Shown here piece after piece: positions 47,376-56,478 of a DNA stretch of 61,955 nt (the first letter of the stretch is position 1; every line of letters begins with the position of its first letter). Below the pieces are notes generated by a model. That model had not been told where the DNA came from, did not search any database, and saw only the letters and a list, made by a program, of their open reading frames with translations. The position numbers and the translations under genes are program-made. The stretch is taken from IMG/VR virus record IMGVR_UViG_3300032288_000863, positions 1-61,955 of that record; one strand, 5' to 3'. The stretch comes from a virus (Duplodnaviria > Caudoviricetes).

Positions 47376-49226
47376 GTGATGTTCATCACGATTGATTTCG
47401 AGACGTACTACGGTACGGGCGTCAGTCTGACCAACCTGACAACAGAGGAGTACATAAACCACCCCGAGTTCCACGAGATCGGCATGGGCATCAAGATCGA
47501 TGACTGGCCGACTGAGTGGATTACGGGACACGATGCTATCGCTGCGCGGCTGAAGAAAATCAATTGGAGTGAGGCAGCATTGCTCTGCCATAACACATTG
47601 TTTGACGGTGCGATACTGGCATGGCGTTTTGGCGCGGTGCCTAGATTCTATTACGACACGCTCTGCATGGCGCGGGCGATACACGGAGTAGAAGCAGGAG
47701 GCTCGCTGGCAGCACTGGTATCGCGGTATGGGCTGGGTGCAAAAGGCACAGAGGTCATCAATGCCAAAGGCAAGCGCCTGATTGACTTCACCGAGCATGA
47801 ACTGGCTCGGTATGGCGAGTACTGCATCAATGACGTTGAGCTAACCGTAGCGTTGTTCTCCAAGCTATGTAAGAACTTTCCGCCAAGCGAGTTTGACCTG
47901 ATCGACATGACGATCAGGATGTTCACATGTCCTACGTTGTTTGTAGACGACGCACTGTTAGTTGAGCGCCTTGAGAATGTGCGCGAGGAGAAGCGCGAGC
48001 TATTGGCGGGGCTGATGGCGGAGCTTGACTGCTCGGACGAGGAGTCGGTACGCAAGAAACTGTCAAGTAACCCGCAGTTTGCCGAGCTATTGGAGAAACG
48101 TGGTGTAGTAGTCCCTCTCAAGATAAGCCCGACGACAGGCAAAGAGACGTTCGCACTGGCCAAGAATGACGAGGGGTTCATCGCTCTACAGGATCACGAA
48201 GACCCCGTGGTTCAGCAACTGTGCGCGGTGCGTCTGGGTACGAAGTCTACGCTGGAAGAGTCGCGGATCGAGCGGTTCATCGGCATCGGGGCGCGAAACA
48301 AAGGCAAGCTACCTATCCCACTCAAGTACTACGGGGCACACACCGGGCGCTGGTCAGGCAGTGACTCCGTGAACTTTCAAAATCTTCCGAGTCGGGACAA
48401 GAAAAAGAAGTCCCTCAAGAACTCCATCATAGCGCCGCCCGGACACGTCATCATTGACTGTGACTCCTCACAGATCGAGGCGCGGGTGCTGGCGTGGTGG
48501 GCAGGGCAGCTTGACGTAGTGCAGGCGTTCGCCCGGAAGGAAGACATCTACTGCCAAGACGCGAGCAAAGTTTACGGACGTGCTATCACTAAGGCTGATC
48601 CGGTCGAACGCTTTGTCGGCAAGACTATGCGACTGGGCCTCGGGTATGGTACTGGCGCAGCAAAGTTACAGCACACACTGAAGACAACGCCGCCCGGAGC
48701 TAATCCTTCGCTGGAAGAATGCAAGCAGTGGGTCAATACGTGGCGCGTGGCGAACTCCAGCATCACATATCTCTGGCGTGAGTGCGATCAAGCACTGAAC
48801 TACATGATGGGTGGCGCGGCTAAGTCGATCTCCGTGGGTATGCACGACATCGTGACGGTTAGCAGTGCGGGGATACGTTTGCCAAACGGTTTGTATATCC
48901 GATACGACAACCTTAGACGGGACGGAGAGAAAGTCATTTATACCAGCCGCAAAGGCCCGGTGAATATCTGGGGCGGCGCGATGGTAGAGAACATCGTGCA
49001 GGCGCTGGCGAGGATCATCGTGGCGCAACAGATGCTCTGGATACAGCGGGAATATCGGGTTGTTCTCACCGTGCACGACGCTGCGATGTGTGTAGTGCCA
49101 GAAGAAGACTTGACTAATGCGCTGGAGTACGTAACCTTGTGTATGTCTACCACCCCACCGTGGGCACGGGGCTTGCCAATTGCGTGCGAAGCCAAGCACG
49201 GTACTTCCTACGGAAACTGTAAATGA
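47376..49226 (+). CDS. polA: DNA polymerase family A with 3'-5' exonuclease
   Basis: Exo I IDFET, Exo II HNTLFD, Exo III YCINDV; HTGRWS; motif A DSSQIEAR; motif B R..GKTMRLGLGYG; motif C VHD. Confidence 0.92.
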   Translation: MMFITIDFETYYGTGVSLTNLTTEEYINHPEFHEIGMGIKIDDWPTEWITGHDAIAARLKKINWSEAALLCHNTLFDGAILAWRFGAVPRFYYDTLCMARAIHGVEAGGSLAALVSRYGLGAKGTEVINAKGKRLIDFTEHELARYGEYCINDVELTVALFSKLCKNFPPSEFDLIDMTIRMFTCPTLFVDDALLVERLENVREEKRELLAGLMAELDCSDEESVRKKLSSNPQFAELLEKRGVVVPLKISPTTGKETFALAKNDEGFIALQDHEDPVVQQLCAVRLGTKSTLEESRIERFIGIGARNKGKLPIPLKYYGAHTGRWSGSDSVNFQNLPSRDKKKKSLKNSIIAPPGHVIIDCDSSQIEARVLAWWAGQLDVVQAFARKEDIYCQDASKVYGRAITKADPVERFVGKTMRLGLGYGTGAAKLQHTLKTTPPGANPSLEECKQWVNTWRVANSSITYLWRECDQALNYMMGGAAKSISVGMHDIVTVSSAGIRLPNGLYIRYDNLRRDGEKVIYTSRKGPVNIWGGAMVENIVQALARIIVAQQMLWIQREYRVVLTVHDAAMCVVPEEDLTNALEYVTLCMSTTPPWARGLPIACEAKHGTSYGNCK

Positions 49227-49873
49227 TTAAGTGGTCTTTCAGCGGCTTGAAAGATTTCGTGAACTGCCCGAAGCAGTACAACGAGGTCAAGGTTCTTCGG
49301 AACTACACCAAAGCTGTCAGCCAACAGATGCTGTACGGTACGGAAGTGCACAAGGCGCTGGAGGACTACACGCGAGATGGGACAGAACTTCCCGCCTTCT
49401 ATAAAAAGTATCAGCCGATGCTGGACGCACTGATGGAGATCCCCGGGACGCGCTACCCTGAGCATAAGATGGCACTGACTGAAGCCAAAGAGCCGTGCGC
49501 CTTTGATGCAGACGAGTACTGGGTGCGTGGGATAGCAGACTTGCTGATCGTAGACGGAGATAAAGCTTTCGTCATTGACTATAAAACGGGCAGTGCTAAG
49601 TACCCCGACACCAAGCAGCTAAAACTTATGGCGCTGATGGTGTTTGAGCATTTCCCGGAAGTTCAGGAAGTCAAGGGCGGGCTGTTGTTTGTAGCCCACA
49701 ATAGTTTTGTAGGCGAAACGTATACACGAGATCACGTGAACTCTATGTGGAACATTTTCGCATGGGATTTGTTAAGACTCCGGGCGGCGGTGGACAACAA
49801 CGCGTGGCCCGCTAACCCCACCCCCCTATGCAAGTGGTGCCCTGTCACCTCCTGCGAACATCATAAGGAGTAG
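49223..49873 (+). CDS. PD-(D/E)XK Cas4-like exonuclease
   Basis: WSFS..., CP, GTEVH, GIADL, IDYKTG, QL, C-terminal CKWCP..C. Confidence 0.85.
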   Translation: MIKWSFSGLKDFVNCPKQYNEVKVLRNYTKAVSQQMLYGTEVHKALEDYTRDGTELPAFYKKYQPMLDALMEIPGTRYPEHKMALTEAKEPCAFDADEYWVRGIADLLIVDGDKAFVIDYKTGSAKYPDTKQLKLMALMVFEHFPEVQEVKGGLLFVAHNSFVGETYTRDHVNSMWNIFAWDLLRLRAAVDNNAWPANPTPLCKWCPVTSCEHHKE

Positions 49874-49875
49874 CC

Positions 49876-50130
49876 ATGTCATACCCTCCTTCCAAGCGCC
49901 CGTACAAGCATGAATACGAGATGCAGAAAAAGCGGGGCGAACACGAAGACCGTATGGAGCGCCAACGTGCACGGCGCAAGCTGGACGCAAAAGGCATAAA
50001 CCGTAAAGGCAAGGATGTTGCCCATGTGAAAGCCCTATCCAAGGGCGGCAGCAACAAGGACGGGATACGGCTGGAGTCCCCCAGCAAGAACCGTTCGTTC
50101 CCGAGGAACAAAGATAGTTCGATGAAGTAG
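49876..50130 (+). CDS. small HNH-like protein (possibly degenerate)
   Basis: GKDVAH...LSKGGSN...NRS. Confidence 0.55.
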   Translation: MSYPPSKRPYKHEYEMQKKRGEHEDRMERQRARRKLDAKGINRKGKDVAHVKALSKGGSNKDGIRLESPSKNRSFPRNKDSSMK

Positions 50131-50173
50131 TTGTTTTTATTTAAGTTCAAAAAGTCTTAGTTTAAGGTGGTTT

Positions 50174-51757
50174 ATGAAAGTTATAGATGATACAGCTATT
50201 GAGCTGTCTTTACCTAATCACGTCGCAGAAACAGTCCTACAACGAGTTGAGAAAGCTGAGAAGTTAGACGAGTTCGGTACGAAAACGAACATGGTCGTCT
50301 ACTGGGGGCACAGGGAAACCATGGAGGTCGCACGCCTCTTTGACTCTCTGCCCCCCATGTCGCTCCCGCAACTGCCCTCGCCCATGTTCCGGGATTACAA
50401 ATGGCCCGGGCTATATACCCCATTTAAGCACCAGATGGACACAGCAGCGTACTTGTCGCTGCGCCCTCGGGCGTTCTGCTTTAACGAGGCAGGCACGGGT
50501 AAGACCTCCGCCGCTATTTGGGCGGCGGATTATCTAATGAACCTTGGCGTCATCAAACGGGTGCTGGTGATCTGTCCCCTGTCGATCATGTTCTCCGCAT
50601 GGCAAGCAGACATTTTCAAGACCACGATGCACCGCACGGCGGCGGTGGCGCACGGCGACAAGAGCAAGCGGGCTAAAATCATCCAAAGCGGGTATGATTT
50701 TGTCATCATTAACTTTGACGGTGTTGGGGTTGTCCGAGAAGAGATAGCAGCGGCTAAGTTTGACCTCATCATTGTCGATGAAGCCAACGCGTACAAAACT
50801 GTTAGTACAGTTAGGTGGAAGACGCTTGCCAAACTGATTACCCCTCAGACTTGGCTCTGGATGATGACCGGCACCCCAGCGTCTCAGTCTCCGGTGGACG
50901 CCTACGGCCTTGCTAAAATGATCTCCCCGGAGCGCGTTCCGAAGTTCGTCACGGCATGGCGCGACAAGGTGATGATTCAAGCCACACGGTTTAAGTGGAC
51001 CCCGAAGTCCACGGCCAAGGACGATGTGTTCAGCGCCCTTCAACCTGCTATCAGATTCAGCAAAGCGGAGTGCTTAGACCTACCAGACGTAACGTATCAG
51101 ACCCGAGAGATTCCGTTAACACCTCAAGTAGTAAAGTATTACAAAGCATTGAAGACACAGTTGTTAATCGAAGCAGCGGGCGAGCAAGTGTCGGCAGTCA
51201 ATGCGGCTACAGCCATGAGCAAGCTCCTGCAGATATCAGGGGGTGCGGTCTATACCGACACCAAAGATATTGTGGAATTTGACATATCCCCGAGGCTCAA
51301 AGCCCTGCAAGAAGTGCTGGACGAGACCCTGCACAAGGTTATAGTATTTGTCCCGTTTATCCATACTATTGAAGTTGTAACGAAGTTTTTAGATAAGGAA
51401 GGAGTAACTAATGAAGTGATCAGTGGTTCAGTAAGTGCGAAGAACCGAGCAGACATTATCAGTAGATTTCAGTCAAGCGAAGATCCCCGCGTGCTGGTTA
51501 TTCAGCCGCAATCTGCCTCCCACGGGGTAACCCTGACGGCAGCAGATACCATAGTATTTTGGAGCCCGGTGCTTTCAGTTGAGACGTACATGCAGTGCAT
51601 AGGTCGTATTGACCGAGTTGGGCAGCAAAACAAGATGACGGTTGTGCATCTACAGGGATCAGATGCCGAGCGGAAGGTCTACCAGATGCTGCAAGGTAAG
51701 ATCGACAGTCACCTCAAATTAGTCGATTTGTATAAACAGGAGTTGAACAATGAGTAA
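50174..51757 (+). CDS. SNF2-family helicase
   Basis: GTGKT, IVDEA, MTGTP, HGVTLT, Q..GRIDRVGQ. Confidence 0.9.
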   Translation: MKVIDDTAIELSLPNHVAETVLQRVEKAEKLDEFGTKTNMVVYWGHRETMEVARLFDSLPPMSLPQLPSPMFRDYKWPGLYTPFKHQMDTAAYLSLRPRAFCFNEAGTGKTSAAIWAADYLMNLGVIKRVLVICPLSIMFSAWQADIFKTTMHRTAAVAHGDKSKRAKIIQSGYDFVIINFDGVGVVREEIAAAKFDLIIVDEANAYKTVSTVRWKTLAKLITPQTWLWMMTGTPASQSPVDAYGLAKMISPERVPKFVTAWRDKVMIQATRFKWTPKSTAKDDVFSALQPAIRFSKAECLDLPDVTYQTREIPLTPQVVKYYKALKTQLLIEAAGEQVSAVNAATAMSKLLQISGGAVYTDTKDIVEFDISPRLKALQEVLDETLHKVIVFVPFIHTIEVVTKFLDKEGVTNEVISGSVSAKNRADIISRFQSSEDPRVLVIQPQSASHGVTLTAADTIVFWSPVLSVETYMQCIGRIDRVGQQNKMTVVHLQGSDAERKVYQMLQGKIDSHLKLVDLYKQELNNE

Positions 51758-52154
51758 CACAAATGTAGAAGAGCTAGTCAGTATTTATCTTACGATCCGG
51801 GGCGAGCGGGAACGCATCCTCCGAGAGTACGAAGCGCAGGACTCCGCGCTCAAGGCAGACATGGCGGAAGTTGAAGCCATGATGCTGGCGGTCTGCAACG
51901 ACGTTAATGCGGATAGCATCAAGACGCAGTACGGCACGGTGATGCGGAAGTTAAACGAGCGGTTCTTCTGCAATGACTGGGACGGGTTCCGTAAGTTTGT
52001 CTTGGAACATGAGGCGGTGGAACTGCTGGAGAAGCGGATTCATCAAAGCAACTTCAAACAGTTTCTCTCTGAGCATGAAGGAGATGGACTGCCACCCGGT
52101 GTGAATGTCATGCGTGAGTACGGTATTTCCGTTCGTAAGTCTTCCAACCAGTAA
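51750..52154 (+). CDS. conserved replication-module protein
   Basis: Coiled coil, SIKT.YGT, DW..F, LLEKRI, PPG. Confidence 0.65.
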   Translation: MSNTNVEELVSIYLTIRGERERILREYEAQDSALKADMAEVEAMMLAVCNDVNADSIKTQYGTVMRKLNERFFCNDWDGFRKFVLEHEAVELLEKRIHQSNFKQFLSEHEGDGLPPGVNVMREYGISVRKSSNQ

Positions 52155-52164
52155 GGTAACAACC

Positions 52165-53049
52165 ATGAGCAACGATCTAATCAAGTCAATCCAGACCAAC
52201 CTTGCCACGATCCAGACGGGCCTCGATGAGGATACCGCAGCGGTTGCGGGTGGCGGCGGATATATCAAGCGTATCTCCATCAAGGGCGGCGTGTTCCGCA
52301 AGATGGCGGGCGGTAAGGAAGTCGGTAAGAACGAAGACCGACACATGAACATCATCTTCGTGAAGATGGCACACGATCCTTCTCGCACGTACTACTCGCA
52401 GAGCTATCGTGAAGGAGAGAAGATTTCTCCCACGTGCTGGTCAAGCAACAGCAAGACGCCCGACGCGGAAGTGAAGAACCCGCAGGCTGCTAGCTGCGAC
52501 AAGTGCCCCCACTCGGTCAAAGGTTCTGGGCAGGGCGGTACAGGTTCTGCCTGCCGCATGTCGTGGCGCACGGCTGTGGTCCTGCCCAACGATGTGGGCG
52601 GTGATGTGATGCAGCTTGTCCTACCTGCTACTTCCTGTTTTGGCAAGGAAGATGGCGGTCGGTGGCCGTTCCGCCCGTATATCCAGATGTTGGCGAGCAA
52701 CAACATTAGCGCGGGTCGTGTGGTAACGAAGATGCAGTTCGATACTTCGTCGCCTGTACCCAAGGTGATGTTCTCTCCGGTAGCAGCGGTAGACCCGGAT
52801 GAGGTGGCGGATATCCAGCGGCAGGCGAAGTCTGTTTCGGCGGAAGCCTGCGTGAAGATGAACGTCTATCAGGCTGATGAAGCGGGCTCTACGCCTGCTA
52901 AAGCTGCCGAGCCGGAAGCGCCCCCCGTGTATAGCGAGGTAGTAGAAGAGCCCGTGCAGGAACCCGTTCTGCGCGAATCGAAGAAGTCAGAACCTACCGC
53001 TGGCGGTGATGTCCCCGACATCATCAAGAAGTGGTCTAAGAAAAGTTAA
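52165..53049 (+). CDS. putative single-stranded DNA-binding/annealing protein
   Basis: ATG 52165; RISIKGG.F, CWS, C..CP...GSG....AC; acidic Pro-rich tail. Confidence 0.6.
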   Translation: MSNDLIKSIQTNLATIQTGLDEDTAAVAGGGGYIKRISIKGGVFRKMAGGKEVGKNEDRHMNIIFVKMAHDPSRTYYSQSYREGEKISPTCWSSNSKTPDAEVKNPQAASCDKCPHSVKGSGQGGTGSACRMSWRTAVVLPNDVGGDVMQLVLPATSCFGKEDGGRWPFRPYIQMLASNNISAGRVVTKMQFDTSSPVPKVMFSPVAAVDPDEVADIQRQAKSVSAEACVKMNVYQADEAGSTPAKAAEPEAPPVYSEVVEEPVQEPVLRESKKSEPTAGGDVPDIIKKWSKKS

Positions 53050-53061
53050 GGAGAAGCGGCT

Positions 53062-53376
53062 ATGCCACGTCCATACAGCGATAAGTTTCTTCTGGCTTTG
53101 CAACAGGAGCCCGAGGAGCCCAGTCTTGGGATTGAGCTTGGACGGTTGTGCGTAGCCGCTAAACTCCCGGCTACCTATGTTGCAGTAGCACTGGAAACGT
53201 CCCGCATGACGGTCTACAGTTGGTTTCGCGGACAAGAGATCCGCAAAGCACGGCGCAAGAACGTCAGGGTATTCATGGATTTGCTTCGGGGGGACTTGGA
53301 AAGAGGAGTTCTGCCGGTTAGTTCAAACCAAGAAGCCAAGGTTTATGTAGAGAACCTTGCAGGAGTACGTATCTAG
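53062..53376 (+). CDS. HTH-like DNA-binding protein
   Basis: VAVALETSRMTVYSWFRG. Confidence 0.6.
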   Translation: MPRPYSDKFLLALQQEPEEPSLGIELGRLCVAAKLPATYVAVALETSRMTVYSWFRGQEIRKARRKNVRVFMDLLRGDLERGVLPVSSNQEAKVYVENLAGVRI

Positions 53377-53396
53377 TTATTGCGGTAAATCAATCC

Positions 53397-53428
53397 AGCG
53401 GAGTAGGTTTTGCCACTCCGCTTTTTTT
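53397..53428 (+). terminator. intrinsic terminator
   Basis: AGCGGAGT...ACTCCGCT followed by a T run. Confidence 0.75.
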
Positions 53429-53441
53429 ATCTCTGCGGGCC

Positions 53442-56276
53442 ATGAGAAAACAATTTTACGAGAAAGTATTGCCGACGCAGGGTGTCTATTGTGCAAGCGG
53501 TATCATAGACGGAAAGACCAGAAACCGCTTCGCAGAGACACTCACCGAATTACTGACGATAGTAGAAGAGCTAGAGGAGGAGCAGTTAAATGTATTCGTA
53601 GCTTTCAGTACGTTCCAGAATCACAGCCGCAAGGCGGATAATGCGCTGTTCACGCGCTGCTTTTGTCTTGATCTGGACGTGGGCGAAGGCTCCAAGAAGT
53701 ACGCGGACAAGAACGAAGCGATCATTGATCTCTTTAATTTTGTAGAAGGTCATGGGCTACCACCACCGATTCTGGTGAACTCTGGTTCAGGCATACACGC
53801 GTACTGGCCGTTTGACGACAACGTGCCATCAGACGAATGGTTACCCTATGCCATACGGTTCAAGTCGTTTTGCCTGAAGCACATTAAGATTGACCCGGCT
53901 GTGACAGCAGACAGGGCACGCATCATGCGCTGCCCCGGGTCACTTAACTACAAGACCGATCCTCCCATGCAGTCGGGGTTACTTACCGATGAGATGTGGG
54001 AGTACAGTTTTGATTTGTTTAAAGAATTCTTGAATGAAGTAGAACCAGACAACTCACTGACCAGTGTACTTGCGTCGGCTCAAAAAGGGTTGGATGACGA
54101 CACCGGCAGCATCGCCAAGATCGACCCTAACTTTGAGACCGTCTTTGAAGTACTGGCTCAAAAGAGTTTGGACGACGAGGGCGGCTGTGCTCAGATTAAG
54201 TATGTGTTGGAGAACGCAGCGACATTGAGCGAGCCCTTGTGGCGGGCAGGGTTGTCCCTTGCCCGTGCATGTGTGGATTGGGAGGAAGCGATCCACATCA
54301 TGTCCTCCCCGTATCCTAAATACTCCCCCGAAGAGACACTGAAAAAAGCCAATGGAACGATCAATAAAGACGGCAAGTTCATGCCGCATAGCTGCGTGGT
54401 GTTCGACAACGACAACCCCGGGGTCTGTGACAACTGCCCCCACAAAGGACACATCACAAACCCCCTCGCCCTTGCCAGAAGACTTAAAGCCCCGACGAGT
54501 GCCCCGGAGAACGCAATTCGGGAGGACGAGAATCCCGAAGAGATTCCAGTCTACATAACGTACCCAACGGAGTTGGAACCGTTCAAGCGAGGCATGAACG
54601 GGGGCATCTGGTACACCCCGCCACCCAAGAAAGATAAAGAAGGTAACTGGATGAACCAGAAGGAGGTCTGCCTGTGGCGGCACGATCTCTACCCAATCAA
54701 GCGTATGTATGGCCCTCACGAGGGTGAGGCACTGTTGATGCGGCACATCATGCCGCATGATGAGGCACGAGACTTTCTCCTGCCTATGTCGTTCTGTGGT
54801 TCTTCAGAGAAGTTCAAGGATTTGTTCATCAGACATGGCGTGTTCTTCAATCTGAACGACACATCAATAATGGTCGAATACATCCGCAAGTGGGGAGAGT
54901 TTATGTTGAATAAGCAAGGTGCTGAACAAACCAGAATGCAAATGGGGTGGACTGCTGATGGGCACGGGTTTGTTATCGGCAACATGGAGATTCAGCGTTC
55001 TGGGAAGGTTGCTAAGACTGCTGCGTCTCCGTTGGTGAACAGTATCGCCAAGTTGCTGAAGCCTGTAGGTAACTACGACTTGTGGAAAGAAGCAGCGCAG
55101 AAGTTGGATCGCCCTGCGTTTGAGATGCACGCGTTCGCTTTACTGTGCGGGTTCGGTTCTCCTCTTATGCCCTACACTTCTACCAAGGGCGTCAGCGTGT
55201 GCTACACAGGTGGGTCAGGTAACGCCAAGACCGGTGCGCTGTACGCTGCGCTAAGCCTCTTCGGAGACCCGGTGGACTTGAGTCTGGCAGGGGGCAAGGA
55301 GAGCGCAACGGATAACGCGCTGGTGCAGTGGTACATGGGCCTTAAAAACATAATGATGGGGCTGGACGAGGCGTCAAACCGCAAGCCGGAGGAGGTGTCT
55401 AATCTTGTCTACAAGGTATCTCAGGGTAAAAGCAAGCTGCGGATGCAGGCGTCAGTGAACGCAGTGCGCGAGATAGATTTAACCGCGGCACTCATAACTT
55501 TCCTTACATCGAACCAATCGCTAACTGACAAGTTAACGTCATTTAAAGCCGCTCCTGATGGGGAACTTGCTCGACTGATCGAATTCCAGATTGATCGTCC
55601 GCTGCCTCTTGTACAGAACCCGGCGCTGGGCAAAGAGATATTTGACGTGTTTCGTTTGAACTACGGGCACGCAGGGCCTGAGTTCATCAAGTATCTTTTC
55701 GCTGTGGGCGACGACTACATCCACGGGCTGGTAACTCAGTGGGCAGATAAGTTCGGGGAAAGTTTCGGTAAGGACACTACTTATCGGTTCTATGAGGCGT
55801 TGGTCTCGGTTGCCTTTGCTGCTGGGCAGTTGGCAGCGGAAGCGGGGATCATTAACTACGACCTCCAACGTATCTACGCGTCAGTCATTGCCCGGATCAT
55901 TTCGATACGAGACGGCACGGTCAGGATCAATAAGATAGATTACGAGTCGGTGCTGGGTGAATTTCAGAACCGGCACCAGTCTGGTGTGTTGGTGCTTAAC
56001 GATGACCGGGTGATGCGTGAGCCTCGCTCTGCGTTGGTGGGTAGGGTGGAGATAGATACCCGAATGTTTTATGTGTCGAAGCGTGAGCTAAAACTTTTCT
56101 TGTCAGACCAGCAACTTAGTGAACGCGAGTTTGTTACTTACATGAAGGAGAAGGGAGTCCTAACCTTTGAGGGTAAGCAACGTCTTACTAACGGGTGGCC
56201 GGGGATGAGCACCAACGCTCCGGTTGCAGTCTATGGGTTCAAGAACGCCATACCCGACGAGTTCTTCAATGGATGA
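53442..56276 (+). CDS. primase-helicase (AEP/RepB-like primase plus DUF927 P-loop domain)
   Basis: LDLD, SGSGIHAYW, RIMRCPG, C..CPH, Walker A-like GGSGNAKT, LDE. Confidence 0.85.
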   Translation: MRKQFYEKVLPTQGVYCASGIIDGKTRNRFAETLTELLTIVEELEEEQLNVFVAFSTFQNHSRKADNALFTRCFCLDLDVGEGSKKYADKNEAIIDLFNFVEGHGLPPPILVNSGSGIHAYWPFDDNVPSDEWLPYAIRFKSFCLKHIKIDPAVTADRARIMRCPGSLNYKTDPPMQSGLLTDEMWEYSFDLFKEFLNEVEPDNSLTSVLASAQKGLDDDTGSIAKIDPNFETVFEVLAQKSLDDEGGCAQIKYVLENAATLSEPLWRAGLSLARACVDWEEAIHIMSSPYPKYSPEETLKKANGTINKDGKFMPHSCVVFDNDNPGVCDNCPHKGHITNPLALARRLKAPTSAPENAIREDENPEEIPVYITYPTELEPFKRGMNGGIWYTPPPKKDKEGNWMNQKEVCLWRHDLYPIKRMYGPHEGEALLMRHIMPHDEARDFLLPMSFCGSSEKFKDLFIRHGVFFNLNDTSIMVEYIRKWGEFMLNKQGAEQTRMQMGWTADGHGFVIGNMEIQRSGKVAKTAASPLVNSIAKLLKPVGNYDLWKEAAQKLDRPAFEMHAFALLCGFGSPLMPYTSTKGVSVCYTGGSGNAKTGALYAALSLFGDPVDLSLAGGKESATDNALVQWYMGLKNIMMGLDEASNRKPEEVSNLVYKVSQGKSKLRMQASVNAVREIDLTAALITFLTSNQSLTDKLTSFKAAPDGELARLIEFQIDRPLPLVQNPALGKEIFDVFRLNYGHAGPEFIKYLFAVGDDYIHGLVTQWADKFGESFGKDTTYRFYEALVSVAFAAGQLAAEAGIINYDLQRIYASVIARIISIRDGTVRINKIDYESVLGEFQNRHQSGVLVLNDDRVMREPRSALVGRVEIDTRMFYVSKRELKLFLSDQQLSEREFVTYMKEKGVLTFEGKQRLTNGWPGMSTNAPVAVYGFKNAIPDEFFNG

Positions 56277-56478
56277 GAAGGAGTTGGTGGGGGAGCCTAT
56301 CTGGGGCTTCCCCTTTGAGTGGATGAGTATAGGGCAAAGTTTTTTTGTCCCTACGCTCAAACCCGCCACGATGATTTACGTTCTGGATACGCGGGCTAAG
56401 GACGCCAAGATAAAAATAAAAGCCTACACTTCTATGAAGGATGGCGTCCTTGGCGTCCGGGTCTGGCGCACGGGCTAG
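56269..56478 (+). CDS. small hypothetical protein
   Basis: ATG 56269; FPF..M.IGQSFFVP...GVRVWR. Confidence 0.65.
   Translation: MDEKELVGEPIWGFPFEWMSIGQSFFVPTLKPATMIYVLDTRAKDAKIKIKAYTSMKDGVLGVRVWRTG

Noticed and set aside
49223-49873. Cas4-like gene as part of a CRISPR-Cas system
   Set aside because: Stand-alone PD-(D/E)XK exonuclease in a normal replication module.
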